Sequence record: OR670491.1
DNA length: 64,000 nt
Direction: 5' to 3' (one strand)
Each line of letters starts with the position of its first letter. The stretch's first letter is position 1. Shown here piece by piece: positions 40,101 through 49,584 of this stretch. The notes beneath the pieces are model-generated. The model was not told where the DNA came from, made no database searches, and worked only from the letters and a program-made list of their open reading frames with translations. The translations under genes and the position numbers were made by a program.

Positions 40101-43100
40101 CTGCACTTGTGCGTAGACTTGTTAGAATTGATGGACCTTCAACAGATAGCTCAGTTGCATTAACTGCATTAATAGTTGCAGTAGTAGATTTAAGTACTGG
40201 AAGTACGTTAGCATTAACTAAGTCAGTACTTTGAATAATACCAGCAGAAGATAGTGATTTAACACTAACATCAGCAGCACTAAGATCAACAGTGCCAGCT
40301 ACTACTAAGTTACCACCAATGTTTGCACCTTCGGTTGTTGTAATAGATTTAGCACTAACATCAGTAGTGGTTAGGTCAATAGAACCTGGAGTTACGGAAC
40401 CAGTCACTACTAGATTACCAGTTACGGTAGTGTCGTTTTTAATTTCAACACCAGCAGCATTTGCAATTGATGGAGTAGTTAGTGAACCAACGGTAGCATT
40501 ACCAGTTACATCAAGAGTAGTACCCACAGATACTGCACCAGTAGCATCGAGTGAAGCTACATTAGATGCACCACTAACATTTAGTGCGGTTACATTTGCA
40601 GTTCCAACAGTTGCTGTGGTACTATTAAGTACTGGAAGTACGTTTGCATCAGTTGCGTTAGTAGAAGTTACAATACCTGGAGTAGTTAAAGATTTAACAC
40701 TAACGTCTGCTGCACTAAGATCAACTGTACCAGCTACTACTAAGTTGCCACCGATAGATGCACCAGCAGTTGTAGATATGGATTGAGCACTAACATCAGT
40801 CGTTGATAGATCAATTGCACCTGGGGTAAGTGTACCAGTGACAGTTACATTATCAGTAAAAGTAGTGTTACCGTTAATAGTTGGTGAAGTTAGAGTTCCA
40901 GTTGATAATGAACCAGTAGTTGCTGCACCAGTTAAATTCATAGAAGAACCAGCGATAGCTACACCTTCGATATTACCAGTTACTTTCAAAGAAGAACCAG
41001 AAATAGCTGCTGCACTAACGTTACCAGTTGCAGTGATTGCACCAGCACTTACATCGGCTAGGGTACTTGCACCAGCAACACTTAGGGTTGTGGTTACATC
41101 AACTTTATTAGGAGCAATATCAAGACCATCAACGTTAGCATCTGCTACAACACCAGTTGTAGTTCCAGTTACTACTAGGTCTTTAACTGTTACTGTTTGA
41201 CCAGTTACTGTCACATTCCCGCTAAATGCACCCGCTGCACCACTTACATCACCACTGAATGTACCGTTCACACCACTTACATTACCAGTAAATGTACCAT
41301 CAACACCGCTCACATTACCACTGAACTCACCACCAACGCCTTTTACGTTACCAGTACTGGTAATTGCTCCAGAGTTTAGTGCTCCAGTCACGTTAGCAGT
41401 TCCACCAACGAGTAAGTTAGCATTAATAGTTGCACCACCAGTTGATTCTAATGATGAAGATTTAATTTCACCAGCCGCAATAACGGAATTAGGTGTTAAA
41501 TCCTGACCACTCACATCAACTGTTAGACCAGTTACGACACCAGTGAAGTCTACATCATTAAGAATGGTTTTACCATTAACTTTTAGACGAGGTGTTGCTG
41601 GGCTTTGTGTTGAGTTACCTAGAATTTCTACATAATCTAATTTGTTTAGACCTTTACCTGTAATACCATAGGTCGCAAGAGACTCATCACCAAAAGTTGC
41701 AGTTTTTTGTACAGTAAGAGTTACCGGAGCCATAGATTCAGACTGGATTTCGTTCTGTAGTAGAACTGTTGGACGTTGACCTGCTGCGGAATAACCAAAA
41801 CCTAGTTTAACGTCAGCATTTGCAACGTTTTGACCAAGGGTAATGGCTTTAACAGTTGCAGTTGTGTTGTTACCAGTGATGTTTGCACCTAATGTAACTG
41901 CTCCGTTAAGACCAGTAGCACCACTTACGTTCAAACTGGTAGCCTGGATATCATCTAAATCAAATGTACCACCTAATGTTCCAGAAACATTGATGTTATT
42001 GAAGTTTGCAGTACCAGTACTTTCAATATTAGGTAATGTTGCAGTTCCAGTTACTTCTAAATCAGTGACCTTAGTTAGTCCTTTGGTTACTTCGAGTAAA
42101 GGAGTACTAGGATCTTGTGTTAAGTTACCACTAATAGTTACATAATCTAATTTGTTTAGACCTTTACTTGCGATACTATAGGTGGAAAGAGATTCATCAC
42201 CAAACGTCGCACTTTTTAGTACGTTTAGGTTAGTTGGTGACATTAATTCGGTTTGAATTTCGTTTTGTAGAACTACAGTTGGGCGAAGCCCTGCCGCTGA
42301 ATATGTAAAACTCAAGCGATCAGTACTACTTGCTGCGTTAGCACCCAATTTAATGTCTTTGAATGTCGCAGTTGTATTGATACCAGTGATGTTTGCACCT
42401 AATGTAACTGCTCCGTTAAGACCAGAAGCACCACTTACGTTCAATGAAGTTGCATTAATGTCATCAAGACTGAATGTACCACCAAGAACACCATTTATGT
42501 TAATATCATTGAAGTTAGCTGTACCAGTACTTTCAATATTAGGAATAGTAGCAGAACCAGTTACTTCGAAATCAGTTACTTTAGTTAAACCTTTAGTAAC
42601 TTCAAGTAAAGGAGTAGTTGGTGATTGAACTGTGTTACCACTAATAGATACATAATCTAATTTGTTTAGACCTTTACCTGTGATACCGTAAGTATCGAGA
42701 GACTCATCACCAAATGTTGCAGTTTTGAGTACGTTTAGGTTTGTTGGTGACATTAATTCAGATTGAATTTCGTTCTGTAGAACAACTGTAGGTCGTTGAC
42801 CTGATGCTGAATAGGTAAAACTCAAGCGATAAGTACTGCTTGCTGAGTTTGCACCCAATTTAATGTCTTTGAATGTCGCAGTACTATTGATACCAGTAAC
42901 GTTAGCACCAAATGTAACAGCACCTTGTAAACCAGAAGCACCACTTACGTTCAATGTAGTTGCATTAATGTCATCAAGGCTGAATGTACCGCCTAGTGTA
43001 CCACTAATATTAACATCTTTGAAGTTTGCTGTACCAGTGCCAGTGATAGTTTCACTAGAAATTGCAGTGATTGTTGCTTCATTTGCAGTTAATTTATCAA

Positions 43101-43536
43101 AAGCAGCAGTTGTGCCTACACCAGCAGTGATGTTACCATCAAATTGTGTAGTTCCGGTGACTTCTAATTGGTCAACTGTTGTGTTTTTAAGAACAGCAGA
43201 ACCAGCAGTTTGATTAATATCGTTGGCAAATGACGCAGTGCCGTTAAAAGATGCATTGGAGTTAACAGTTGCAGTATCAGAACCGACAACAGCATCACCA
43301 ATTACAGAATTACCTTTAATATCTACGCCACCATTAAGAGATGCTTTACCAGCTACGTCTAGGGTAGAAGTGATATTAGCAGTTGCTGCTTCAATTGCAG
43401 TAAATGTTGCATTTGCGAAAGAAACTGTACCATTTACGGTTACATTTTTCTCAAATACAGCATTACCTTTAACCAAAAGATCTTTATTTACCGTAGCACC
43501 ACCAGTAACATCTAGATCCGTCTTTATAGAGTACAT
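37174..43536 (-). CDS. giant beta-repeat fibre protein A (2120 aa)
   Basis: T/G/V/S/A-rich short repeats; three 170-aa units; termini paralogous to 43675-48561. Confidence 0.8.
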   Translation of the reverse strand: MYSIKTDLDVTGGATVNKDLLVKGNAVFEKNVTVNGTVSFANATFTAIEAATANITSTLDVAGKASLNGGVDIKGNSVIGDAVVGSDTATVNSNASFNGTASFANDINQTAGSAVLKNTTVDQLEVTGTTQFDGNITAGVGTTAAFDKLTANEATITAISSETITGTGTANFKDVNISGTLGGTFSLDDINATTLNVSGASGLQGAVTFGANVTGINSTATFKDIKLGANSASSTYRLSFTYSASGQRPTVVLQNEIQSELMSPTNLNVLKTATFGDESLDTYGITGKGLNKLDYVSISGNTVQSPTTPLLEVTKGLTKVTDFEVTGSATIPNIESTGTANFNDININGVLGGTFSLDDINATSLNVSGASGLNGAVTLGANITGINTTATFKDIKLGANAASSTDRLSFTYSAAGLRPTVVLQNEIQTELMSPTNLNVLKSATFGDESLSTYSIASKGLNKLDYVTISGNLTQDPSTPLLEVTKGLTKVTDLEVTGTATLPNIESTGTANFNNINVSGTLGGTFDLDDIQATSLNVSGATGLNGAVTLGANITGNNTTATVKAITLGQNVANADVKLGFGYSAAGQRPTVLLQNEIQSESMAPVTLTVQKTATFGDESLATYGITGKGLNKLDYVEILGNSTQSPATPRLKVNGKTILNDVDFTGVVTGLTVDVSGQDLTPNSVIAAGEIKSSSLESTGGATINANLLVGGTANVTGALNSGAITSTGNVKGVGGEFSGNVSGVDGTFTGNVSGVNGTFSGDVSGAAGAFSGNVTVTGQTVTVKDLVVTGTTTGVVADANVDGLDIAPNKVDVTTTLSVAGASTLADVSAGAITATGNVSAAAISGSSLKVTGNIEGVAIAGSSMNLTGAATTGSLSTGTLTSPTINGNTTFTDNVTVTGTLTPGAIDLSTTDVSAQSISTTAGASIGGNLVVAGTVDLSAADVSVKSLTTPGIVTSTNATDANVLPVLNSTTATVGTANVTALNVSGASNVASLDATGAVSVGTTLDVTGNATVGSLTTPSIANAAGVEIKNDTTVTGNLVVTGSVTPGSIDLTTTDVSAKSITTTEGANIGGNLVVAGTVDLSAADVSVKSLSSAGIIQSTDLVNANVLPVLKSTTATINAVNATELSVEGPSILTSLRTSADAVIGTSLTVSGQATAVSLVTPTISNETGVEIASNTKVTGDLTVTGTVTPGAIDLATTDVSAKSITTTGGANIGGDLVVAGTFDLSASDVTANTLASVGNTTVGADLVLTTGNVTGSPAVSGNLSVAGTSTLTGAATVGNKLTVNTGGIQVVAGGVRVDTGSITAQGANISGTATLENASVTSNAAVGGTLGVTGAATLNGGLTSSALTVTGDSVVQKLTVKGEFIPEGGLDLSGADITANSLDVATTLKATGLSTLSGGVSTTDISGSGKITTVDAQTGTLTVTGNQTVGGTLGVTGKATTGSLDTGAVSATSGTFSSTLGVTGAATFADAVTVNGVFTPVGGLDLSTSDITANSLDVATTIKSTAGATIGGDSTIAGTLGVTGAVSAPSLTLSNASGTGLDVKGNAIVAGTLSTTGAVTLGNTLGVTGKATTGSLDTGAVSATSIVGTAGLTMAGNSSFTNDLTVSGTFTPAGGLDLTTSDIVAKSLSTSAAIHSDTNGTFGGTLGVTSNATVGGTLGVTGAVSAPSLALSSASGDALTVAADAKVTGKVTSGSLETGTVKTGANLVVGVKVGEQPETVQIFPDTFIAGKLRVEGGINADIDVSGQTLEPYAIEASATLSAVGNISTDAAVIANSGTFGAVGSQNNNLTVNGNVVTTGNFTVGGVLYANVDQSNADVNVKSLTSTNLVKGGSMQSTGNLTVGGAATITGTLGSGAITSTGKVKGVDGEFSGNVSGVGGTFTGAVTVGTTLGVTGAATVGGTLGVTGKATLAEASVTNLTTSGTATIGSTLAVTGTSTLAAVNISGALTTTGSVTLGDAAADVITVNGTSTFIEKATFEKGIEVAGVFTTDEANFVTTSVTTKKYDVIPSQVTSSTVAPAGTWTPDGSTSVYFITLDQNTTLAPIAGLIGGGKAASIFMYAKQDATGNRVLTADPSYSIVDGEQNLAANSVTIYQAVYDGVSNVIDLFIAQRTS
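41580..43020 (-). repeat. three tandem ~510-bp intragenic repeats
   Basis: Equivalent tcatc anchors at 41951, 42461, 42971. Confidence 0.85.
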
Positions 43537-43674
43537 ATAGTTCCCTCCATTTTGGGTTATTAAAATACCATGTTTATGTTTATATATTTAGTTGAATTAA
43601 TTGTTTTGGAACTCTCAAAGATAATTATTTAGGGAAAAGAAAAAGCCAACACGAGGTTGGCTTTCTTTTATTTG

Positions 43675-46600
43675 TTATACACGTTGAGCAATGAAGGTAT
43701 CAAATACAGTACTGAAACCATCATAAACAACTTGAATGATACTAACTTGGTTCACAACTGAACTTACCTGACCAGATACAACTGCGTATTCAGCAGGGAT
43801 AGTTAGAACAGCATCACTAACAGTTGGTGTTACGTAAATGTATACAGAACACGCTTCACCGCTACCGATTAGACCAGTAATTGGTGCTAGGGTAGTGTTT
43901 TGGTCAAGAGTTAGACGATATACGTTACTAGAACCATCTGGAGTCCATGTACCGGATACAGAAGCGGTAGAAGCTACTACTGAAGTTGGTAGAACAGAGT
44001 ATTTCTTAGTGATTACAGTACTGGTTGTGAAATCAGCATCAGTAGTGTTCAATGCACCAGTCACCGTTAGGGCTTTATCAATCACAACGTTCTCTTTGAA
44101 GGTTGCAGTGCCATTAACAGTGATAGTATCAGCGGCAGCATCACCTAGAACAACATTACCATTAGCGGTTAATGTACCAGTAAAGGTTGCAGAACCAGTT
44201 ACGGCTACACTTGCTAGTGTTGCTAAACCTGTTGTAGTTATGGATGCAGTTGAAATTTCACTTTGAACGCTTAAGTTTTCAGAGAATGTTGCTGCACCTG
44301 TAACGGCTACACCACCATTCAGACTCGCTAGTCCAGTTACTGCAAGGGTAGAGCCGGTTTCTAAACTTCCACCAGTAATTTTACCAGTTGCAGTAATTGT
44401 TGTACCAGCAGAAATTGAAGTCCCCGCATTCACATTGTTGGTTGCAGTTAAAGATTTAACAGCTACATCAGAATCCGCTTGGTTCAATTGTGCGTTTAGT
44501 ACTCCTGTTACTGTGAAGTCACCGTTGGTTACAACGTTACCATTTACGGTTAGGTTGTTGTTTAGTGAACCAGAATCACCAATTGTTGCTGCTTTAGCAA
44601 TCATGGTTGCACCAGAAGTGATGTTACCAACTGCACTAACAGTTGAATCAGCCGCAATTGCGAATGGTTCTAATGTTTGACCGCTTACATCGATATCGGC
44701 GTTAATACCACCATCAACACGTAGTTTACCAGCAATATATGTATCAGGAACAATATGAACTGTTTCTGGTTGAACTGCTAGAGGTGTGCCAACTGTAAAT
44801 GATGTACCAGTTTTCACTGCACCACTTGCGGTTAGATCTGCAACGGTTGTTGCTCCAGTCACACCTAGTGTACCACCAACTGTAGTATTACCAGTAGAAG
44901 ATAAAACTCCTGCCCCGACAGTTCCAGATGCAGTTAATGATGTTGCATTGATGTCTGCTGTTGATATTCCACCACTCAATGTACTCAAACCAGTAACACT
45001 TAAAGTAGTTGATGAAGACAAGCTATTTGCAGAAACATCAGCACCAGTTAGATCCAAACCACCTTGTGGAATCAATGTACCTTCAACTGTTACGTTACCT
45101 TTTGCCACGGTTGCACCAGTTACTTCCAAAGACGCAGCAGTTGCTTTACCAGAGGTAGATAGAGTTGAAACACTTGTTGCACCAGCTTGTACTACACCAA
45201 GAGTTGAGGTTCCAGTAACACCAAGAGTGGTTGTTACGGATGCACTTGATAGGGTACTTGCCCCAGCAGTTAGCCCAGCAAGAGATGTTGTACCAGTTAC
45301 GCCTAGTGTACCACCAACGGTAGTATTACCAGAGATTACAGGAGCACCAGTAATTACCCCAGTTGTTAGTACTAAATCAGCACCAACAGTTGTGTTTCCA
45401 GTACTTGCTAGTGTTGCAGCTTGTAGGTTTGTACCACTTAGGTCAAATGTACCATCAACTGTTAAATTACCTGCAACGTGTGCATTACCAAGAGAGTTAA
45501 GTGACTTAACAGAAACATCAGTAGTGCTTAGATCAATTGCACCAGCAGTTAAAGTACCAGATGCATGGAAATCACCAGTAACATTTGTGGATTTTGAAAT
45601 TTCAACTGTTGCACCAGGAGCCGTGAAGGATGCACCACTAATTGCACCAGTTGCCGCTACAGAACTAGCATCAATTGCAGTTGCAGATACAGCAGCAAGG
45701 GTAGAAGCACCAACAACATCAAGTGAGCCAGAAGCAGAAATATTACTTGTATTAATATTAGCTACAGTACTTTCCCCAGATACATTCAATGTTGTTGCTT
45801 TTGCTGCACCTAATGTACTATCGGTTGAAGATAGTTTAGGGAATGTATTGGTTTTTAATGCATCAGTACTAACAAAACTTAATGCAGATACATCTGCACC
45901 ACTTAAATCAACAGTACCTGCAACAGATAGGTTTCCACCGATAGTAGCACCTTCAGTTGTGGTTATTGAGTTAGAAGTTATGTCAACTGAGCTTAGGTCA
46001 AGACCACCTTGCGGGGTAAAGACACCTGTTACGGTTAGGTCTTTAGCTGCTACTACATTACTAGCAAGATTCAATGTTCCCGCACCAGACGCTCCAGCTT
46101 GAACCGTAGGAGTTGTTACAGAAGTTGAAATTGTAGCAGTTGTAGAAGATAAACGTGAACCAGAAACAACACCAGTACTGGTCAATGTTCCAACTTTTGC
46201 AGCACCAGTAGTTGTGATAGTACCACCAGATACATCACCGGAAGCTACTACAGAAGATGCGTTAACAACACCAAAGGTACTTGGGTTAGTTGCAGTAATA
46301 GATTTTGCAGTTACATCAGCAGAACTAAGATCGATAGCACCAGATACAGCAAGAGAACCACCTACGGTTACGTTTCCAGTAGTAGTTAAAGATGCAGCAC
46401 TTACATCAGTAGTACTTAAATCAATCCCACTTGGAGTTAGTGTTCCAGTGATCGTAACATCATTAGCAAATGTAGTATTCCCACTGATAGTTGGAGCAGT
46501 TAGTGAACCAACAGTCGCAGCACCAGTTACTTCTAAAGAACCAGCAGTTGCTTTACCGGACACACCTAGTGAATTACCTAAAGTAACAGCACCAGTTACA

Positions 46601-48561
46601 CCTAATGTACCACCAACTGTAGCATTACTCACTACATGAAGACCAGTACCAGATGCACCATTTAGTGTTAGATACCCTGCCGATGCTGCACCAGATATAG
46701 TTGCTGAACTTGCATTAACAGCAGCCAATGTGGTTTCACCAGCAACACTTAGTGTTGTTGTTACATCAACTTTATTAGGAGCAATATCAAGGCCATCTAC
46801 GTCGGCTACGGCGGTTACACCAGTTGTGGTTCCAGTTACTACTAGATCCTTAACAGTTACTGTTTGGCCTTGTACGGTTACATTACCATCTAAAATACTA
46901 TCTCCAGTTACACCTAATGTTCCACCAAGAGACGTTCCACCTGTGACTTCTAGATAGCCAGCAGTGGTTTTGCCAGTAGAAGTTAATGTTGTTCCCTGAA
47001 TACCAGACGTTGCAGTTACGGAGTTAGGAGTTAGATCCTGCCCACTAACATCAACAGTTAGGCCAGTAACAGTTCCTGTGAATTCTACATCACCTAGAAC
47101 CGATTTACCAGCAACAGAAAGTTGTGGAGTTCCTGGAGCTTGAGTAGCGTTACCAGCGATTTCTAGATAATCTAGTTTGTTTAGACCTTTACCTGTGATA
47201 CCATATGTTGCTAGTGAAGCATCACCAAAGGTTGCAGTTTTCTGAACAGTTAATGTAGCAGGAGACATTAATTCAGATTGAATTTCGTTCTGTAGAAGAA
47301 CAGTTGGGCGTTGACCAACGGCAGTATAAGCAAAACCAACTTTGGTATCAGCACTTGCAGATGCTGGACCTAGGTTTAGTGCTTTAATATTTGCAGTAGT
47401 GTTAGTACCACTGATATTACCACCTAGAGTTACAGAACCTTCAAGACTAGTTAGGCCAGATACTTTTAGTGTTTGTGCTTCGATATCACCTAAACTGAAT
47501 GTACCACCAAGAACACCACTTACGTTAATGTTATTGAAGTTTGCAGTGCCAGTACTTTCAATATTAGGAATAGTAGCAGAACCAGTTACTTCGAAATCAG
47601 TTACTTTAGTTAAACCTTTAGTAACTTCAAGTAAAGGGGTAGCTGGTGATTGAACTGCGTTACCACTAATAGTTACATAATCTAATTTGTTTAGACCATT
47701 ACCAGTGATACCAAAAGTACTTAAAGATGCATCACCAAAAGTAGCAGACTTAAGAACAGTTAGGGATGCTGGAGACATTAGCTCGGACTGAATTTCGTTT
47801 TGTAGAATTACAGTTGGGCGTTGGCCTGGTGCGGTATAAGTGAAGCTTAAACGGTAAGCACTGCTTGCGGAGTTAGCACCGATTTTGACATCTTTAAATG
47901 TTGCAGTTGTGTTGATACCAGTGATGTTCGCACCTAGAGTAACAGCACCCTGTAGGCTACTTTGACCAGACACAGTTAGGGTAGTTGCGTTTACATCAGA
48001 AAGACTGAATGCACCACCTAGTGTACCACTTATGGTAACATCGTTAAAGCTGGCTGTACCAGTACTATTAATGTCGGTTGCATTTAAAGTTGCAATAGTT
48101 GCTTCGTTTGCAGATAGTTTATCAAATGCAGCAGTAGTTCCTGCGTCAGCATTAATATTACCTTTAAAAGTTGAAATTCCATCAACTGATAGTGAGTCAA
48201 CAGATGTTGCTTTCAAATCAACATTACCAGCAGTTTGACGAATATTACCACCAAATGAAACACCAGAGTTAAAAGTTGCTGCGGAGTTAATTGTAGCAGT
48301 ATCAGTACCTGGTGCTACTGCACCAATCACAGTGCTACCTACCACTTCAACACCACCATTAAGAGATGCTTTACCAGCTACATCTAGGGTAGAAGTGATA
48401 TTAGCAGTTGCTGCTTCAATTGCAGTGAATGTAGCATTTGCAAAAGAAACTGTACCATTTACGGTAAGATTCTTATTGAATACTGCATCACCTTTAACTA
48501 ATAGATCTTTACCGACTACAGCACCACCAGTAATATCTAGATCAGTTTTAATCGAGTACAT
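43675..48561 (-). CDS. giant beta-repeat fibre protein B (1628 aa), paralog of A
   Basis: Near-identical N-terminal ~70 aa and WTPDGS...TLDQNTTLAPI...FIAQR C-terminus; two 510-bp units (47495, 48005). Confidence 0.8.
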   Translation of the reverse strand: MYSIKTDLDITGGAVVGKDLLVKGDAVFNKNLTVNGTVSFANATFTAIEAATANITSTLDVAGKASLNGGVEVVGSTVIGAVAPGTDTATINSAATFNSGVSFGGNIRQTAGNVDLKATSVDSLSVDGISTFKGNINADAGTTAAFDKLSANEATIATLNATDINSTGTASFNDVTISGTLGGAFSLSDVNATTLTVSGQSSLQGAVTLGANITGINTTATFKDVKIGANSASSAYRLSFTYTAPGQRPTVILQNEIQSELMSPASLTVLKSATFGDASLSTFGITGNGLNKLDYVTISGNAVQSPATPLLEVTKGLTKVTDFEVTGSATIPNIESTGTANFNNINVSGVLGGTFSLGDIEAQTLKVSGLTSLEGSVTLGGNISGTNTTANIKALNLGPASASADTKVGFAYTAVGQRPTVLLQNEIQSELMSPATLTVQKTATFGDASLATYGITGKGLNKLDYLEIAGNATQAPGTPQLSVAGKSVLGDVEFTGTVTGLTVDVSGQDLTPNSVTATSGIQGTTLTSTGKTTAGYLEVTGGTSLGGTLGVTGDSILDGNVTVQGQTVTVKDLVVTGTTTGVTAVADVDGLDIAPNKVDVTTTLSVAGETTLAAVNASSATISGAASAGYLTLNGASGTGLHVVSNATVGGTLGVTGAVTLGNSLGVSGKATAGSLEVTGAATVGSLTAPTISGNTTFANDVTITGTLTPSGIDLSTTDVSAASLTTTGNVTVGGSLAVSGAIDLSSADVTAKSITATNPSTFGVVNASSVVASGDVSGGTITTTGAAKVGTLTSTGVVSGSRLSSTTATISTSVTTPTVQAGASGAGTLNLASNVVAAKDLTVTGVFTPQGGLDLSSVDITSNSITTTEGATIGGNLSVAGTVDLSGADVSALSFVSTDALKTNTFPKLSSTDSTLGAAKATTLNVSGESTVANINTSNISASGSLDVVGASTLAAVSATAIDASSVAATGAISGASFTAPGATVEISKSTNVTGDFHASGTLTAGAIDLSTTDVSVKSLNSLGNAHVAGNLTVDGTFDLSGTNLQAATLASTGNTTVGADLVLTTGVITGAPVISGNTTVGGTLGVTGTTSLAGLTAGASTLSSASVTTTLGVTGTSTLGVVQAGATSVSTLSTSGKATAASLEVTGATVAKGNVTVEGTLIPQGGLDLTGADVSANSLSSSTTLSVTGLSTLSGGISTADINATSLTASGTVGAGVLSSTGNTTVGGTLGVTGATTVADLTASGAVKTGTSFTVGTPLAVQPETVHIVPDTYIAGKLRVDGGINADIDVSGQTLEPFAIAADSTVSAVGNITSGATMIAKAATIGDSGSLNNNLTVNGNVVTNGDFTVTGVLNAQLNQADSDVAVKSLTATNNVNAGTSISAGTTITATGKITGGSLETGSTLAVTGLASLNGGVAVTGAATFSENLSVQSEISTASITTTGLATLASVAVTGSATFTGTLTANGNVVLGDAAADTITVNGTATFKENVVIDKALTVTGALNTTDADFTTSTVITKKYSVLPTSVVASTASVSGTWTPDGSSNVYRLTLDQNTTLAPITGLIGSGEACSVYIYVTPTVSDAVLTIPAEYAVVSGQVSSVVNQVSIIQVVYDGFSTVFDTFIAQRV

Positions 48562-48673
48562 TTAGTTCCCTCCATTTGAATGATTATAAACATAACCATT
48601 CTCGTTAATATGTATATATTTAGTTTATGATATAAAAAAACCAGACCTGATACTAAAGGTCTGGTTATATTTT

Positions 48674-49570
48674 TTATTTACCGGATATTACAACCTTGCC
48701 ACTAAATGCAACATAGGATGTGAATATAACATTACCACTAGCATCAATTTGAGTTTCAGCAGTAACAGCTTCAAAAGGTGCAAGAGCAGTACTGCCTTGT
48801 ACTTTATTACCGTATAGAGAAACGTATAGATTGTCAGGGGTTTGTTTATGATCTGCTGCTGGAATAGTTAGAGTGAATTGATCACCGGAAGCTACCCAAT
48901 CAGCCTGATTAATAAGTTTACTGTATGGTACTGTCATAGTTGTTGCTCCTATAATATTAATTTTAACACTTGCGTATTCTGAAAGCTGACCAACTACTTC
49001 TAGAGTTATATCACCAATACCAGAAACTGTAACGTTAGTTTGGAATACAGAATCCAAATCGACATCACCTGGGTCACCTTGCAATTGAACCATAATATCA
49101 GCACCGCGACCATGAATAGATTCAGGAAGAGTGTATGTATATTTGTCAGATGAACCTGGCTCTAATACAAATGCTGAAACTGGAACAGTATGTGTGGTTA
49201 CATAAGAACTATCACTACCAGGAGTAGATGATTTAAGTGGTTTCCATACACCAAGGTCTTTAATATAAATCTGAAGTGTATTTTCAGCATCAACTAGGAA
49301 ATACACATCACCATCGGTTCCCAATGCATCAGCAGGAGCTACAGTACCGCGAAGAATACCACCAGCACCACCGCCACCATGTGCGTTTAAATATCCCAAG
49401 GTTACCAGATGGGTATTAGCTGTTGGGTCAGCCGCAGAAATTGGAAGAAGACCAGTTCCTGTATAGTTTTGAATTTGCACAACACTACCATTCGTAGTGA
49501 TTTGTGCACCATTTTTACCAAGTATGAAGGTCTTCTTCATGGTTCCTTCTAAATTAGAAAAAACTGCCAT
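48674..49570 (-). CDS. virion structural protein with FSNLEGTM anchor module
   Basis: N-terminus paralogous to tailspike N-terminus; two W/F-V-x-x-G-D-x-Y/F-T repeats. Confidence 0.65.
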   Translation of the reverse strand: MAVFSNLEGTMKKTFILGKNGAQITTNGSVVQIQNYTGTGLLPISAADPTANTHLVTLGYLNAHGGGGAGGILRGTVAPADALGTDGDVYFLVDAENTLQIYIKDLGVWKPLKSSTPGSDSSYVTTHTVPVSAFVLEPGSSDKYTYTLPESIHGRGADIMVQLQGDPGDVDLDSVFQTNVTVSGIGDITLEVVGQLSEYASVKINIIGATTMTVPYSKLINQADWVASGDQFTLTIPAADHKQTPDNLYVSLYGNKVQGSTALAPFEAVTAETQIDASGNVIFTSYVAFSGKVVISGK

Positions 49571-49584
49571 TTTAATCATCTCCT

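Noticed and set aside
37343-48565. Long plus-strand ORFs (e.g. 44786-46102, 37343-38281) opposite the fibre genes
   Set aside because: Antisense shadows of repetitive codon use; no SD or promoter; composition mirrors the sense genes
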